Below are positions 54,736 to 64,000 of a stretch of DNA of 64,000 nt, in pieces. How positions within the stretch are numbered: the stretch's first letter is position 1; every line of letters begins with the position of its first letter. The DNA comes from Candidatus Bathyarchaeia archaeon. GTDB lineage: Archaea > Thermoproteota > Bathyarchaeia > 40CM-2-53-6. Under the pieces are notes generated by a model, which was given only the letters and a program-made list of their open reading frames with translations, was not told where the DNA came from and searched no databases. A program made the translations under genes and the position numbers. The stretch lies in the NCBI GenBank assembly GCA_049513715.1, contig JBEKVV010000002.1:416001-480000 (forward strand), written 5' to 3'.

Positions 54736-54936
54736 TTAGCGTTTTACGGCGGTGATGATTATTCCGACAAGGATGAAGCACAGACCGATAACTCCGTTAA
54801 ACCACAAATTGCCGGCCGCCAACCCGTCTAGAATTGGCATCGAAAAGTCGTAGGCAAAAGCGACTATCAAGTAGCCCACAAGAGCAACCACAAATCCGAG
54901 GATTTGATGACAATTACGCCCTTTCAAATCATCCAT
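54736..54936 (-). CDS. Small 2-TM membrane protein
   Basis: GGAGG RBS then ATG; two hydrophobic helices. Confidence 0.55.
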   Translation of the reverse strand: MDDLKGRNCHQILGFVVALVGYLIVAFAYDFSMPILDGLAAGNLWFNGVIGLCFILVGIIITAVKR

Positions 54937-55069
54937 GCCCTCCCAACCCCTGTGGGCATGGGCGGTATCGTACTGGCATGACATTGGGCTTCCTGTCCAA
55001 TTGAACTGATTTTGCCCCACTGCCAGCTAGTGGTGTGCTTGGAGTCCTGACACCCACAAGATCGGTTCG

Positions 55070-55552
55070 TTATGGCACAGCCTTGGTCATGACGTAGGCG
55101 TCTGAGGCATCGTAGTAGTAGTGCGGGATGGTTCGAGTGATCTCGAAGCCCATTTTCTTGTAAAGGTTGATTGCAGCGTCGTTGTTCATTCGTACCTCAA
55201 GGTAGCATTCGTCCACATCCAGCCGATTTAGGGCCGCTAGGGCTTCCGTGACGAGTGAGTGGCCCATGCCCATTTGTCTGAAATCGGGCATGACTGCGAC
55301 AGAGACTATGTGCCCTTTCTTTGCGAACCTCAGCTTTTTCAAGTCCGAGAACCCGTGCTCCAACCTGCACATTATGTACCCAACGACCCGCCCTTGAGAT
55401 TCAGACACGATGAAGGTTTCCGGTTGAGAGTTGAACGTATCGATAAAGAAATACGCGGCATAGTTTTCTGGCAGGCAGACACGGTTTATGTTAATCACCT
55501 GATCCAGGTCAGCCGGATTGAACCGCCGCAACGCGTAATTCTGAATTAGCAA
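55070..55552 (-). CDS. rimI: N-terminal acetyltransferase (RimI/Ard1)
   Basis: CLPENY, GHIVSVAV, YLEVRMNN, HYYYD..DAYVM. Confidence 0.92.
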   Translation of the reverse strand: MLIQNYALRRFNPADLDQVININRVCLPENYAAYFFIDTFNSQPETFIVSESQGRVVGYIMCRLEHGFSDLKKLRFAKKGHIVSVAVMPDFRQMGMGHSLVTEALAALNRLDVDECYLEVRMNNDAAINLYKKMGFEITRTIPHYYYDASDAYVMTKAVP

Positions 55553-55680
55553 GCTGCGTATCGCGTTTTTCCATGCAGGTGTCGACTATATGATATTATC
55601 CCCAACTAGCGAAAAGGGTGCGCGAATATGTTTAAATGATGATTTCTGAGCTATGCGCAGAAAACCAGAAGGACATTCGA

Positions 55681-56838
55681 TTGGCATCTGAACCAACATC
55701 ACCACGGCTACCCACCACGACGTCTACTCTGCCCAAGTTTCCGCTGGATTTTGGTTCGATTCGCAGCATGGTTGAGTATCGCTTCGGGTTGATGGATGCG
55801 TATGTTGATGTGAACGGGTTAGCAACGTTCGTCGTCCAGCAGGAGCCGATCAAGCAGAAGTTTCAGGAGCTATTGCGCGACCTGACTAACCACAATTTGA
55901 GTGCCAAAGTCAGGAAAGTATCTGACAAATTCGTGATATCGATTTTTCCGAAACCACAACTTGGCAAACCCAGGAAGATCATTAACTTACTGCTTTTCTT
56001 GGCGACCATCGGCACTGTGGCTTTGGCGAGCTACTCGTTAGTGTTTAATGTTGACCCCCGTTTGATGGCTACGGTGTTCGTCAACCAGAACTTGTTCGCT
56101 GAAGTGGTTTTCCTGACCATTGCAATCTTGGGCATTGTCGCAATACATGAGATGGGGCATGTTCTTGCGAATCGGTATCACCGGATGGATGCAACGCTTC
56201 CATATTTCGTCCCGGCCCCTCCACCCTTCCCCTTCGGTACTTTCGGTGCTGTGATTTCACTCCGAGCGCCACCGGGCAACCGTGACCAACTATTCGACCT
56301 AGGGTTCAGTGGGCCAATTGCAGGATTCATCGCCACAATCGTTGTTGCAGTGTTCGCTTACTTGACAGCACCGGTCATAACTGAACAGGAGGCCACCAAG
56401 CTCATCGCGGCCAACCTCCTATCATCTCAACCATGGCCGCATATGCCCTTGTTCATGGACCTAATTGGGCAACTGGGCTTGACGACCGTGCCGCCGGGGC
56501 ATGTTATGATTCTGACTCAGTTGGCATTCGCGGCGGAGATTGGTGCGCTCATAACATTCCTGAACATTCTGCCGGTTTGGCAGCTAGACGGAGGCCACAT
56601 AGCGCGAGCGACTTTAGGCACAATGGGGCACAAGATAACCGCCCTTATCGGATTCGCAATATTGTTCGCTGTCGGCTACTGGGGCTTCGCTCTGCTCTTG
56701 GTGGTCTTCATGTTTCTTAGCCGACGCCCACTCGAAGGCGTGGAGCCATTAGATGACGTCTCCCCGCTCTCAAAATCACGCAAGGTCCTATTTGTCGTAG
56801 CCTGGGTCATGTTTGTCCTCACACTAGTAATATTCTGA
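55681..56838 (+). CDS. Site-2 protease (M50)
   Basis: HEMGH, GTFGAVI, NILPVWQLDGGH. Confidence 0.92.
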   Translation: MASEPTSPRLPTTTSTLPKFPLDFGSIRSMVEYRFGLMDAYVDVNGLATFVVQQEPIKQKFQELLRDLTNHNLSAKVRKVSDKFVISIFPKPQLGKPRKIINLLLFLATIGTVALASYSLVFNVDPRLMATVFVNQNLFAEVVFLTIAILGIVAIHEMGHVLANRYHRMDATLPYFVPAPPPFPFGTFGAVISLRAPPGNRDQLFDLGFSGPIAGFIATIVVAVFAYLTAPVITEQEATKLIAANLLSSQPWPHMPLFMDLIGQLGLTTVPPGHVMILTQLAFAAEIGALITFLNILPVWQLDGGHIARATLGTMGHKITALIGFAILFAVGYWGFALLLVVFMFLSRRPLEGVEPLDDVSPLSKSRKVLFVVAWVMFVLTLVIF

Positions 56839-56865
56839 GCCTGTCCCCAGCTTTAGGGATCAGCC

Positions 56866-57582
56866 GTGCGCACTGAACTTGAGATCAAATTGTTGGAATT
56901 GACGAAACGCGGCCGACGCCTAGCCATTGGTGAGCTGGCGGATGCACTTCACACTGACGCTCGGAACATAGAAAGTAAGGTTCAAGCCCTGAGCAGACAG
57001 GGGTTCGTTGCATCGTCCGGAGGTCTGATTGAGGCAGAAACAGGGCAACGAATGAAGCTCGCCGAGCTCCTGATCCAAACTGGCCACGACCCGCATCACA
57101 TTGCCCGGCACTTGGAATGGCAGGAGTTCGAGGATTTCGCTGAGAAATCTCTGAGGCGAAATGGCTTCCAAACTGTGAAACATCTCGTCTTCAAAACGAG
57201 AAAGGGGAGGCGAGAAATCGACCTTCTCGCATGGAACGACAATTTCGTTCTCGCTATAGACTGCAAACACTGGCGTCGTGGCATCTCTCCCTCAAGCGCA
57301 CGTGCCGCCGCGGCTGCTCAAATCGAGAGAGTAGTGGCTTTGTCTGGGCGGCCTGACATCCTCACCAAGAATGGACTTGAAAACCGCATCAACCGTAAGA
57401 TCTTGCCCGTTATATTCGCGTTGTGTGACTCACGAGAGAGAATTGTTGAAGGCGTTCCAGTTGTGGCCGTAAGGAAACTCGTGAGTTTTCTTTATGGACT
57501 GTCGCCTGTTGATAGCACGCTCCGGATGATCCCTGTGAAACCCCAACCAGAGCAGATGTTGCTCCTGCATGGCGATGTATGA
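56866..57582 (+). CDS. wHTH + PD-(D/E)xK (Mrr/NERD-like) nuclease
   Basis: WQEFEDF, REIDLLA, AIDCKHW. Confidence 0.8.
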   Translation: MRTELEIKLLELTKRGRRLAIGELADALHTDARNIESKVQALSRQGFVASSGGLIEAETGQRMKLAELLIQTGHDPHHIARHLEWQEFEDFAEKSLRRNGFQTVKHLVFKTRKGRREIDLLAWNDNFVLAIDCKHWRRGISPSSARAAAAAQIERVVALSGRPDILTKNGLENRINRKILPVIFALCDSRERIVEGVPVVAVRKLVSFLYGLSPVDSTLRMIPVKPQPEQMLLLHGDV

Positions 57583-57666
57583 ATCCGTTCGCGTTTTTTC
57601 ACTCGAATGCTATAGTGCCGACGCTCAGAGCGTTAAGCCACCGCGAATCCGTCGCATAGAGACCGA

Positions 57667-58365
57667 ATGCCTAATTTGACAGCATGGTGCTCAACGGCAA
57701 TAACTTTGAGCGAGATAGAGCAACGGCTCCGAGATTTGACCAACGCGGTGCTTGCAGGAAAGGCGGACGAGGCGCGGTTGAGCACTTATGCCGCGCTGGC
57801 CCGAGGAAGCACTACGATCGAAGTTCTTGACGCCGTTGTTGAGGGCGTGAACATTCTAGTGGACCTGCATGAAGTGGGTGAATACGACCAAGCAAGGTTG
57901 AACATTTCTGAGAATGCGGTCAGCGCAAGTTTACAGCCGATCGAGGACAGGCTTTCGAAAGCTGAAGGCAGGTTGAATTTGAAGGTGACTGTGGGTCCGG
58001 TTGGATTGAAGGGTGGAAATTTACTCGCGTTGGTGCTTTCCGCCACTCTTCGATCAATGGGTTTCAAGGCGGTGTGCCTGAGCAAAACACAGACAGCGCT
58101 TGAGTTGCTTAGGAATTCGGAAGAATCAGGAGCGGACTTGGTCATCCCTCTATTGGGAACAAACGACCCGGAGGGACAGCTTGGTAACTTCGCCGGGGAG
58201 ATCGAGCGAGGAGGATTTAAATCGAAGTTTGAAGTGATTCACGTCGTGCCAGGTCTGCCTGAAGGCTTCCAGACACCCCTGAAAGTCGCGAATAACTCAA
58301 GCGAAGCGATAAGAAAGGCCACTGAATGGGCATTGAAACGGCGAAGTCAACGCAAAATTCCTTGA
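57667..58365 (+). CDS. Corrinoid-protein-like (B12 cap + Rossmann) lacking DxHxxG
   Basis: Cap-like helices, LRSMGFKAVCL, ADLV. Confidence 0.55.
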   Translation: MPNLTAWCSTAITLSEIEQRLRDLTNAVLAGKADEARLSTYAALARGSTTIEVLDAVVEGVNILVDLHEVGEYDQARLNISENAVSASLQPIEDRLSKAEGRLNLKVTVGPVGLKGGNLLALVLSATLRSMGFKAVCLSKTQTALELLRNSEESGADLVIPLLGTNDPEGQLGNFAGEIERGGFKSKFEVIHVVPGLPEGFQTPLKVANNSSEAIRKATEWALKRRSQRKIP

Positions 58366-58487
58366 CTGTCTGTAACCTTCTGACGAGCACTACTTGACCA
58401 CGAAATTTGCTTAATTTGTGTAGAGACGGTAGAAATAACTTGACCTTTCTCCTCATCTGACACAATTAAACTCAACGGGGATAGAAG

Positions 58488-59795
58488 ATGAATAATCGAA
58501 GTGTCGTTGCCCTCACAATTTTGCTTTCGATTATAATGCTCATGGTGGGGCTTTCTGCTATTGCTGCGGATGAGGATGTGAATGTTGGACTTTTGCGAGT
58601 CTCGGTTCAGCATCCCAGGTTTGCTGCCCCATCGTCCCACGTTTCGTTCTTAGTAGATGTTGAGTATGCAGTTCACGACAATGCCACCATCAAATCGAGC
58701 TTGTTTAGCGGAACTCTAGACCAACTGGGACCAGACCTGTGGCATAGTGAAGCAGTACCGATTCAGGGGCCCATTCTCGGGGACAAGACATGGACAGTTG
58801 ACCTTACCGCGCCGGCCAATGAAGGAGAAATGCAATTCGTGGCCATCGCATACTATCAAAACACTGGAAAATACAGCCCCAATGATACAACCGACAATCA
58901 GACCTCTGCGTGGTCCTATTACAATGACACCGACCACGGCCCGAGTTTTCTTGAATTCACGGTGAAGATCTCGCAGACGGCACAATTGGAAGTCGATTTA
59001 GGCGTCTCCAATGTGGCCGTGAGAATGGGCGATTCAACTTCAAAAACTTCGGGCGAAGGAGCGGTGGCTTCCCAATTCAATGTTGGGGAGAACGTCACGG
59101 TAAGTGTGCCGGAAGTATTGCCCCTCGACAATTCTACCCAGCTGGTTTTCCAAGGCTGGCAGGGCGGTGGGAACTCAACGGAGACAAGCGTTCTGTTGGA
59201 TGGTGACATCAAATTGGTCGGTGTCTATAATCCACAGTATTTGTTGCGGGTAGATTCTCCGGCATCGGTGTACGCTCAATCCAAATGGTACGAGCCCGGC
59301 TCCAACGTGACTTTAGAAGTGAACAGCTCCGTGCCGATGGATTGGCCTTTAGGAGCGTTGGGGGTGCATTACATTTTCAAGGGTTGGACGGGTGATGTGA
59401 CTTCGAACTCTAACAAAATCACTTTGATCATGAACACGCCGAAGGTTGTCAACGCTAACTTCACACCGGACCTCACACCGTTGGTTCTTCCTGGTATTTT
59501 CATAGTTGGAGTTGTGGGAGGTGTGGCTCTTGCTTTGGCTCGTAGGCGTAAAGCTGCAAAAAAGGCTCCCGCTGAAGAAGAGATAGTTGAAGAAGCTGCA
59601 GGAGTTGAGGAGGGTGACGTGCCTGCCATAGAGGAAGCGACGGGAGAGGACTCCGTGCCCAAAGGGAGTCAGTCATCGGAAAAGGGTCCGTTGAAATTCT
59701 GTGATGGCTGCGGTGAATCAATAGAGGAGAACTGGACGCACTGCATCCACTGCGGGAAGGCTCTAAGAGGAACTTCGGAATCCATCCAAAGCTGA
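58488..59795 (+). CDS. Surface protein with cytoplasmic double zinc ribbon (paralog B)
   Basis: Collinear with 47539-48795; CDGCG..HCIHCG. Confidence 0.8.
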   Translation: MNNRSVVALTILLSIIMLMVGLSAIAADEDVNVGLLRVSVQHPRFAAPSSHVSFLVDVEYAVHDNATIKSSLFSGTLDQLGPDLWHSEAVPIQGPILGDKTWTVDLTAPANEGEMQFVAIAYYQNTGKYSPNDTTDNQTSAWSYYNDTDHGPSFLEFTVKISQTAQLEVDLGVSNVAVRMGDSTSKTSGEGAVASQFNVGENVTVSVPEVLPLDNSTQLVFQGWQGGGNSTETSVLLDGDIKLVGVYNPQYLLRVDSPASVYAQSKWYEPGSNVTLEVNSSVPMDWPLGALGVHYIFKGWTGDVTSNSNKITLIMNTPKVVNANFTPDLTPLVLPGIFIVGVVGGVALALARRRKAAKKAPAEEEIVEEAAGVEEGDVPAIEEATGEDSVPKGSQSSEKGPLKFCDGCGESIEENWTHCIHCGKALRGTSESIQS

Positions 59796-60362
59796 AAAGG
59801 CCAAGTCCCCGATTTCAGGAATAAAATGATCGGCCGCTATGATGAGGAAGGCCACTGCGAACACACCCAGAATCAAACCCGTGGGGTAATGCGCTAGTGA
59901 CCAAGGCAGCACGCCGTTGTAGAGCAACCACACTTCAAAGACTATTCTGCCCAGATTGGTCAGGTAAACGCTGATTGCCACGACACTGAACGCAAGGACG
60001 CGTTTCTTGATTGTAACCTTAGGCATCGCCACAATGATGCCCAGGAACACTGCAATCACTTGAACGCCTGTGCACATTCGCTGAATCTCAAACTCATTAA
60101 GAAACACTTGGCGCCCTTGCATCCATACGGTTCCCTTCATGCCAACCAAGCTCATGAGAATCGCTGAGTGCTCGGCGGTGAGCTTCTCATAGAAGAAGTA
60201 GTCGGGCAGGTAGTATACGGCCAGTGCTATGACCGAGGCAAGTCCTACAATTCGAGCTATCGCGTAAAGGCGTTTCCGAGGGGTAGCCTCGAAGTCTTGC
60301 ATACCCATACCCATACCCACCAGTAATGGGGAGGGTAATGAAAGTTGCTCGGTACTATTCAT
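59763..60362 (-). CDS. Archaeosortase/exosortase family protein (start may be ~60302-60314)
   Basis: Catalytic triad CTG, NLGRI, AH in TM context. Confidence 0.85.
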   Translation of the reverse strand: MNSTEQLSLPSPLLVGMGMGMQDFEATPRKRLYAIARIVGLASVIALAVYYLPDYFFYEKLTAEHSAILMSLVGMKGTVWMQGRQVFLNEFEIQRMCTGVQVIAVFLGIIVAMPKVTIKKRVLAFSVVAISVYLTNLGRIVFEVWLLYNGVLPWSLAHYPTGLILGVFAVAFLIIAADHFIPEIGDLAFSALDGFRSSS

Positions 60363-60436
60363 GCGAATCTAGCCTCAGCCGCATACCTGAGGGTGGGGAC
60401 TGAGGGCGAGAGTTCGCAAAAATGAAATAAAGTCAC

Positions 60437-61861
60437 ATGGTCTTCCTAGGTGAAATCGTCACAAAGAAGGCTCAAATAACATTGAAACTTGGAACTGTCA
60501 TCGCTGCTTGTCTGTTGCTCGGAATATTGGTTGGCCTACCCACCGCCCACGCGTCGGCAGATGTGGAAGCTAGGCTTACCCTTGCCATCGACTGGATTAG
60601 TGGGCAGCAAGTCTCAAGCCTTCAGTACGTCGGTTTCGCTAGGGGCACAGACGCCGAGACAGATCACACCGTCTACTCATCGGATCAAGCACTAATCGCC
60701 TTAGCGTTGAGCGACTATCACACCAACCATAACGACGCTCAGTATGACAATATGCTGCACGCGGCCGCAACATTTCTGAGTTCAGCCCGCACCTCGACAG
60801 GAGACTTCTATGAGTACTATGACATGAAACGTGGGAGTTGGGTTCATTTGGGTGATTTTGATTCATGGGAGGTATATGCAATAGCAGGACTAGCGACATC
60901 AGCCTACAAAATCGTATTGAAAGACAGCGGTCAACGCGCATACTGGCTTTCCATCGAAAGCCGATTGAAGAATACTGTCAATGTTTTTCTCCAGCACCAA
61001 AGAAGCGATGGTGCTTGGGTGTTCCAAACTAGGCCAGGCTACTACGAGGCACCGACGAGGGAGAATGCTATCTTGTTGACGGGCCTTCTCTACTTGGGTT
61101 TGTTTGAACGCAATTGGGGAAGCATCCAGCAAGCCACGTTCTACGGACAGCTATCACAGCGAACGGCCCGATGGCTCTTCTCGACTCAAAACGTAACCGC
61201 CGGACCATTGTTCGGTGGGTTCCCAACGTCTGATTTGAATTCAACCCAGACCTCAGAAACCAACGGCCAAGTACTTCTGGGCGTGGACACATACTACACG
61301 ATAATCGGTGTGCTTCTTTCGCAGCCGTCGCCCAACTTGTACGATGCGAGGAGAGTGATGAGTGGGTGGATTTATGGTTACGCGGAAGAAATGCGTGACG
61401 CCTACGGTGGACCCTTCGATGGTCGAACGGCAACTGCAATTCTTCAATACCCGAAGACAACGCTCGCAGCAATTTGGATGCTGCAAGCTCTGGCGGACAT
61501 TTGGATAAACCTCGGCGGCGATGAATTCTTCGGCGTTTCACAACATGCCTATGATTGGATCGTGGGCAATAACGAGCTTCAACTAGACATGCAGGGCGCG
61601 GCGAATGCAGCTGGCACAACCGGAGGTTTCTACACCTCGATAAGCGGTGGTGGGGTCGATAAAACTGCGAGCACTGAGACTACGGCCGCAGGGGTCTATG
61701 GGATTGGTAGAGCGGCTTTCACTCATGTCCCAGAATTCCCCGTCGCTGAAGCACTGCTACTGTTCATAGTGCTGGTCGGAGTACTGGCTATTGTTGAGCG
61801 AAGCGGCGGACGCAGATCTAGGAAACCGAACAGTCATTGCGCGGATGAGTTCTTGGCTTAG
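60437..61861 (+). CDS. Secreted alpha/alpha-toroid-like protein with PEF-CTERM
   Basis: Signal peptide; QRSDGAW-type repeats; VPEFP + TM + basic tail. Confidence 0.75.
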   Translation: MVFLGEIVTKKAQITLKLGTVIAACLLLGILVGLPTAHASADVEARLTLAIDWISGQQVSSLQYVGFARGTDAETDHTVYSSDQALIALALSDYHTNHNDAQYDNMLHAAATFLSSARTSTGDFYEYYDMKRGSWVHLGDFDSWEVYAIAGLATSAYKIVLKDSGQRAYWLSIESRLKNTVNVFLQHQRSDGAWVFQTRPGYYEAPTRENAILLTGLLYLGLFERNWGSIQQATFYGQLSQRTARWLFSTQNVTAGPLFGGFPTSDLNSTQTSETNGQVLLGVDTYYTIIGVLLSQPSPNLYDARRVMSGWIYGYAEEMRDAYGGPFDGRTATAILQYPKTTLAAIWMLQALADIWINLGGDEFFGVSQHAYDWIVGNNELQLDMQGAANAAGTTGGFYTSISGGGVDKTASTETTAAGVYGIGRAAFTHVPEFPVAEALLLFIVLVGVLAIVERSGGRRSRKPNSHCADEFLA

Positions 61862-62331
61862 GCGGGAATCTTTCGTTTAACCGCGCGTTTCGCTACTAGT
61901 GTTGCCGCAATTGCGAAGATCATCAGCGCCGAGAGCATTTGAGCTGGGAACTCGGGTACTGGGACATGCGACTCTTCCAAAAAGAAGTTAATACTACTCA
62001 CGGAGCCGTCCGAAACGGCCACCGAGGAACTCTGCGGCTGGTAACCTTGCACGTAAACACTCACGTTGTAAACTCCGCCGGGCACATACATGCCGTATTG
62101 GCCGCCTCCGCCGCTGGAGGTTGTGAGTTGAATTTGCTGATTGGCTGCAGTCACTTGTGCCCAGGATATTGTTCGAAGGTCGTTGTACATCGTGTACCCA
62201 TATACCGTGCCCTCGATGCGACCTCCGGCCTGGGTAGGATTGTTGTGGCTTTGTGCGGAAACGTTACTTGCCCCCACAAATAGTAGGGCGACGACAATGG
62301 CGATTGCGATCATGTAGGGTAGCAGCCTCAT
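61858..62331 (-). CDS. Carboxypeptidase-regulatory-like Ig-fold protein with PEF-CTERM
   Basis: GRIEGTV, PGGVYNVSV..GY, VPEFP + TM + KR tail. Confidence 0.8.
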   Translation of the reverse strand: MRLLPYMIAIAIVVALLFVGASNVSAQSHNNPTQAGGRIEGTVYGYTMYNDLRTISWAQVTAANQQIQLTTSSGGGGQYGMYVPGGVYNVSVYVQGYQPQSSSVAVSDGSVSSINFFLEESHVPVPEFPAQMLSALMIFAIAATLVAKRAVKRKIPA

Positions 62332-62602
62332 GGGTTATCGTTAGTTCTGAGTGGCGAATGGGCATTAAAGGTTGTTGTGTGTTCTCCACATTTTCTCATG
62401 TCTCTATTCATTCTACCTGATTGTGTAGCTACAATTCACATGGTTAACGAAACGCGTTTCGCAGACGTGCCCTTAGCGAGTTAGCCTCTCTCGGAGGACA
62501 GTTAACCGCACATGAATAGCGCAAACGTGCCGCCGGCCCATCTTACGGGATTTAATGGTCGCAGTGGGGAAGGTAAATCACTCGAAGTTGAAGCAGGCGG
62601 TT

Positions 62603-64000
62603 ATGAAACGAGTCGGGACTTTGATGAAAGAAACCGCAAGAATGCTGGCTCTTCTTCTATTCGCCACCATACTGCTCACACCGCTCATTGCAGGGGCTGT
62701 TGCTGGTCAGCCACGGCCTAACAACTCCGTGGCTGCCTCTACATCTTCAGAGTCAAACAAAGTCCCGGACTTCTATGCCCAGGGAACAAGTGGGCTATAC
62801 ACCTTGGAGATCTCACCGAAGGGTGGCTACTTGAAGGGTAGCGGGCCAACGATTAACTTCATTCCGTGGCGGTATGTTACAACTCAATGGTCCCTCGGCA
62901 CGGTGTACGTCATATTCCTGGTCAACGTGACGAACACGAACTTCTACATCGGTTACCTGTACCTGACCAATTCATCGTCGCCGTTCATTCTGCGCACCTT
63001 CCAGTACCAGGGCGCAGTGTTGAGTACCTTGACGTTCGACGGCATTCAATACGTATTCTCTAGGATGGTGCCTACTTCCTCGGTCCCTATGCCAAAGTTG
63101 TCAATCGATCCCCGGCCTCAAAGTGCCAATGTTCTTTCGGCGATTGGCCCGGAAATCTACTTGAACGGCAACTCCGGAACAGTGGTTAATGATACTACAA
63201 GGTTGAAGCTGTACCCGTTATTGGACCAATTGTTTCAAGGCGCAAATGCCTACAATGAGCTTTGGTCATTGCTGACTGATGATTTCGGCAACTACTATTT
63301 CTCCATCCTCTACTTCCAGAACGGTGATTCTCACCACATCATAATCGAACACCGCTTACGATTGAACGATTACATGCGCTTGGACGGGGCAACTTTCGAT
63401 GCCAACTGGACTACTACGCCCTTCACTGACAAGATGACGGTTCGATTGCCAAGTGCCAACTCGGTGGTTAACGTCGATGGTTTTCCATTCTTGGCGGACG
63501 CTAGGGGTTTAATGTCGGCCCTTTTGCCTCAAGGCCCGACCACCGTAGCCGTTTCGGATGAAATCACGCCGACACCTGACACTAGGCTTCACTTCTCGTC
63601 TTGGAGCAACCACGAAGCCGTTAATCCTCTCACGGTGCAATTGAACGGCCCCCTCGACTTGACTGCCAACTTCGCCACACAGTACCTGCTAGGCATAGAC
63701 AGTGAATACGGTGGGGTGCAAGGTGGAGGGTGGTATGGCAAAGGTTCAGTGGCTAACTTCTCCGCGACTGACATGATCACATCCGATAATGGAACCAGAC
63801 GTGTGCTCCTTTCGTGGAGCGGAGACTTCTCTTCCACTTCAACTCAAGGCACGCTCACCATGAATGCACCTAAACACATAACTGCGAACTGGAAGACCCA
63901 ATATGAAATGCAAATTCAGCTCGTCGGCGTTCCACCAAACGCCTCTGCTCAAGTCGTTGTGAACGACCAAGAACAAGTGATACAATCCTCTCAACCAACG
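62603..64000 (+). CDS. Secreted protein with archaeal QYxL/GWY (InlB-B-like) repeats, 3' truncated
   Basis: Open frame to window end; signal peptide; TQYLLGIDSEYGGVQGGGWYGKGS, NWKTQY. Confidence 0.75.
   Translation, partial: MKRVGTLMKETARMLALLLFATILLTPLIAGAVAGQPRPNNSVAASTSSESNKVPDFYAQGTSGLYTLEISPKGGYLKGSGPTINFIPWRYVTTQWSLGTVYVIFLVNVTNTNFYIGYLYLTNSSSPFILRTFQYQGAVLSTLTFDGIQYVFSRMVPTSSVPMPKLSIDPRPQSANVLSAIGPEIYLNGNSGTVVNDTTRLKLYPLLDQLFQGANAYNELWSLLTDDFGNYYFSILYFQNGDSHHIIIEHRLRLNDYMRLDGATFDANWTTTPFTDKMTVRLPSANSVVNVDGFPFLADARGLMSALLPQGPTTVAVSDEITPTPDTRLHFSSWSNHEAVNPLTVQLNGPLDLTANFATQYLLGIDSEYGGVQGGGWYGKGSVANFSATDMITSDNGTRRVLLSWSGDFSSTSTQGTLTMNAPKHITANWKTQYEMQIQLVGVPPNASAQVVVNDQEQVIQSSQPT

Noticed and set aside
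142..63837. Numerous short antisense and alternate-frame ORFs in the track (e.g. 17175-17801, 36818-37342, 42667-43185, 61068-61619)
   Set aside because: Shadow ORFs overlapping well-supported genes, with no motifs or RBS

Overview
Archaeal chromosomal window, TACK/Thermoproteota-like and most reminiscent of Bathyarchaeia. This is inferred from S25e, S30e, class I LysRS, PolB1, Rpo6, thermosome, CofE, BHB-intron tRNAs and PEF-CTERM proteins. From ~19 kb to 64 kb it is mostly housekeeping, metal-transport and cell-surface genes. The first ~19 kb is the most interesting part: (i) a queT gene with a structured ~70-nt leader whose hairpin loop is complementary to the Shine-Dalgarno, a candidate archaeal preQ0/preQ1 riboswitch; (ii) two clusters of one 17-bp CACC-N9-GGTG palindrome, both between convergent genes, the larger flanked by four winged-helix genes (three paralogous) leading into a nurA-herA pair, a candidate centromere-like or chromosome-organising module; (iii) a 6.2-kb integrase-less island bounded by a 26-bp duplication of the 5' end of tRNA-Gly, carrying a KaiC-like/STAND/TPR fusion; (iv) an MT-A70 methyltransferase next to a DpnI-like nuclease. 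Several genes (rps30e, a HAD hydrolase, probably polB) appear to lack canonical start codons. All family calls are by motif recognition, not database search.
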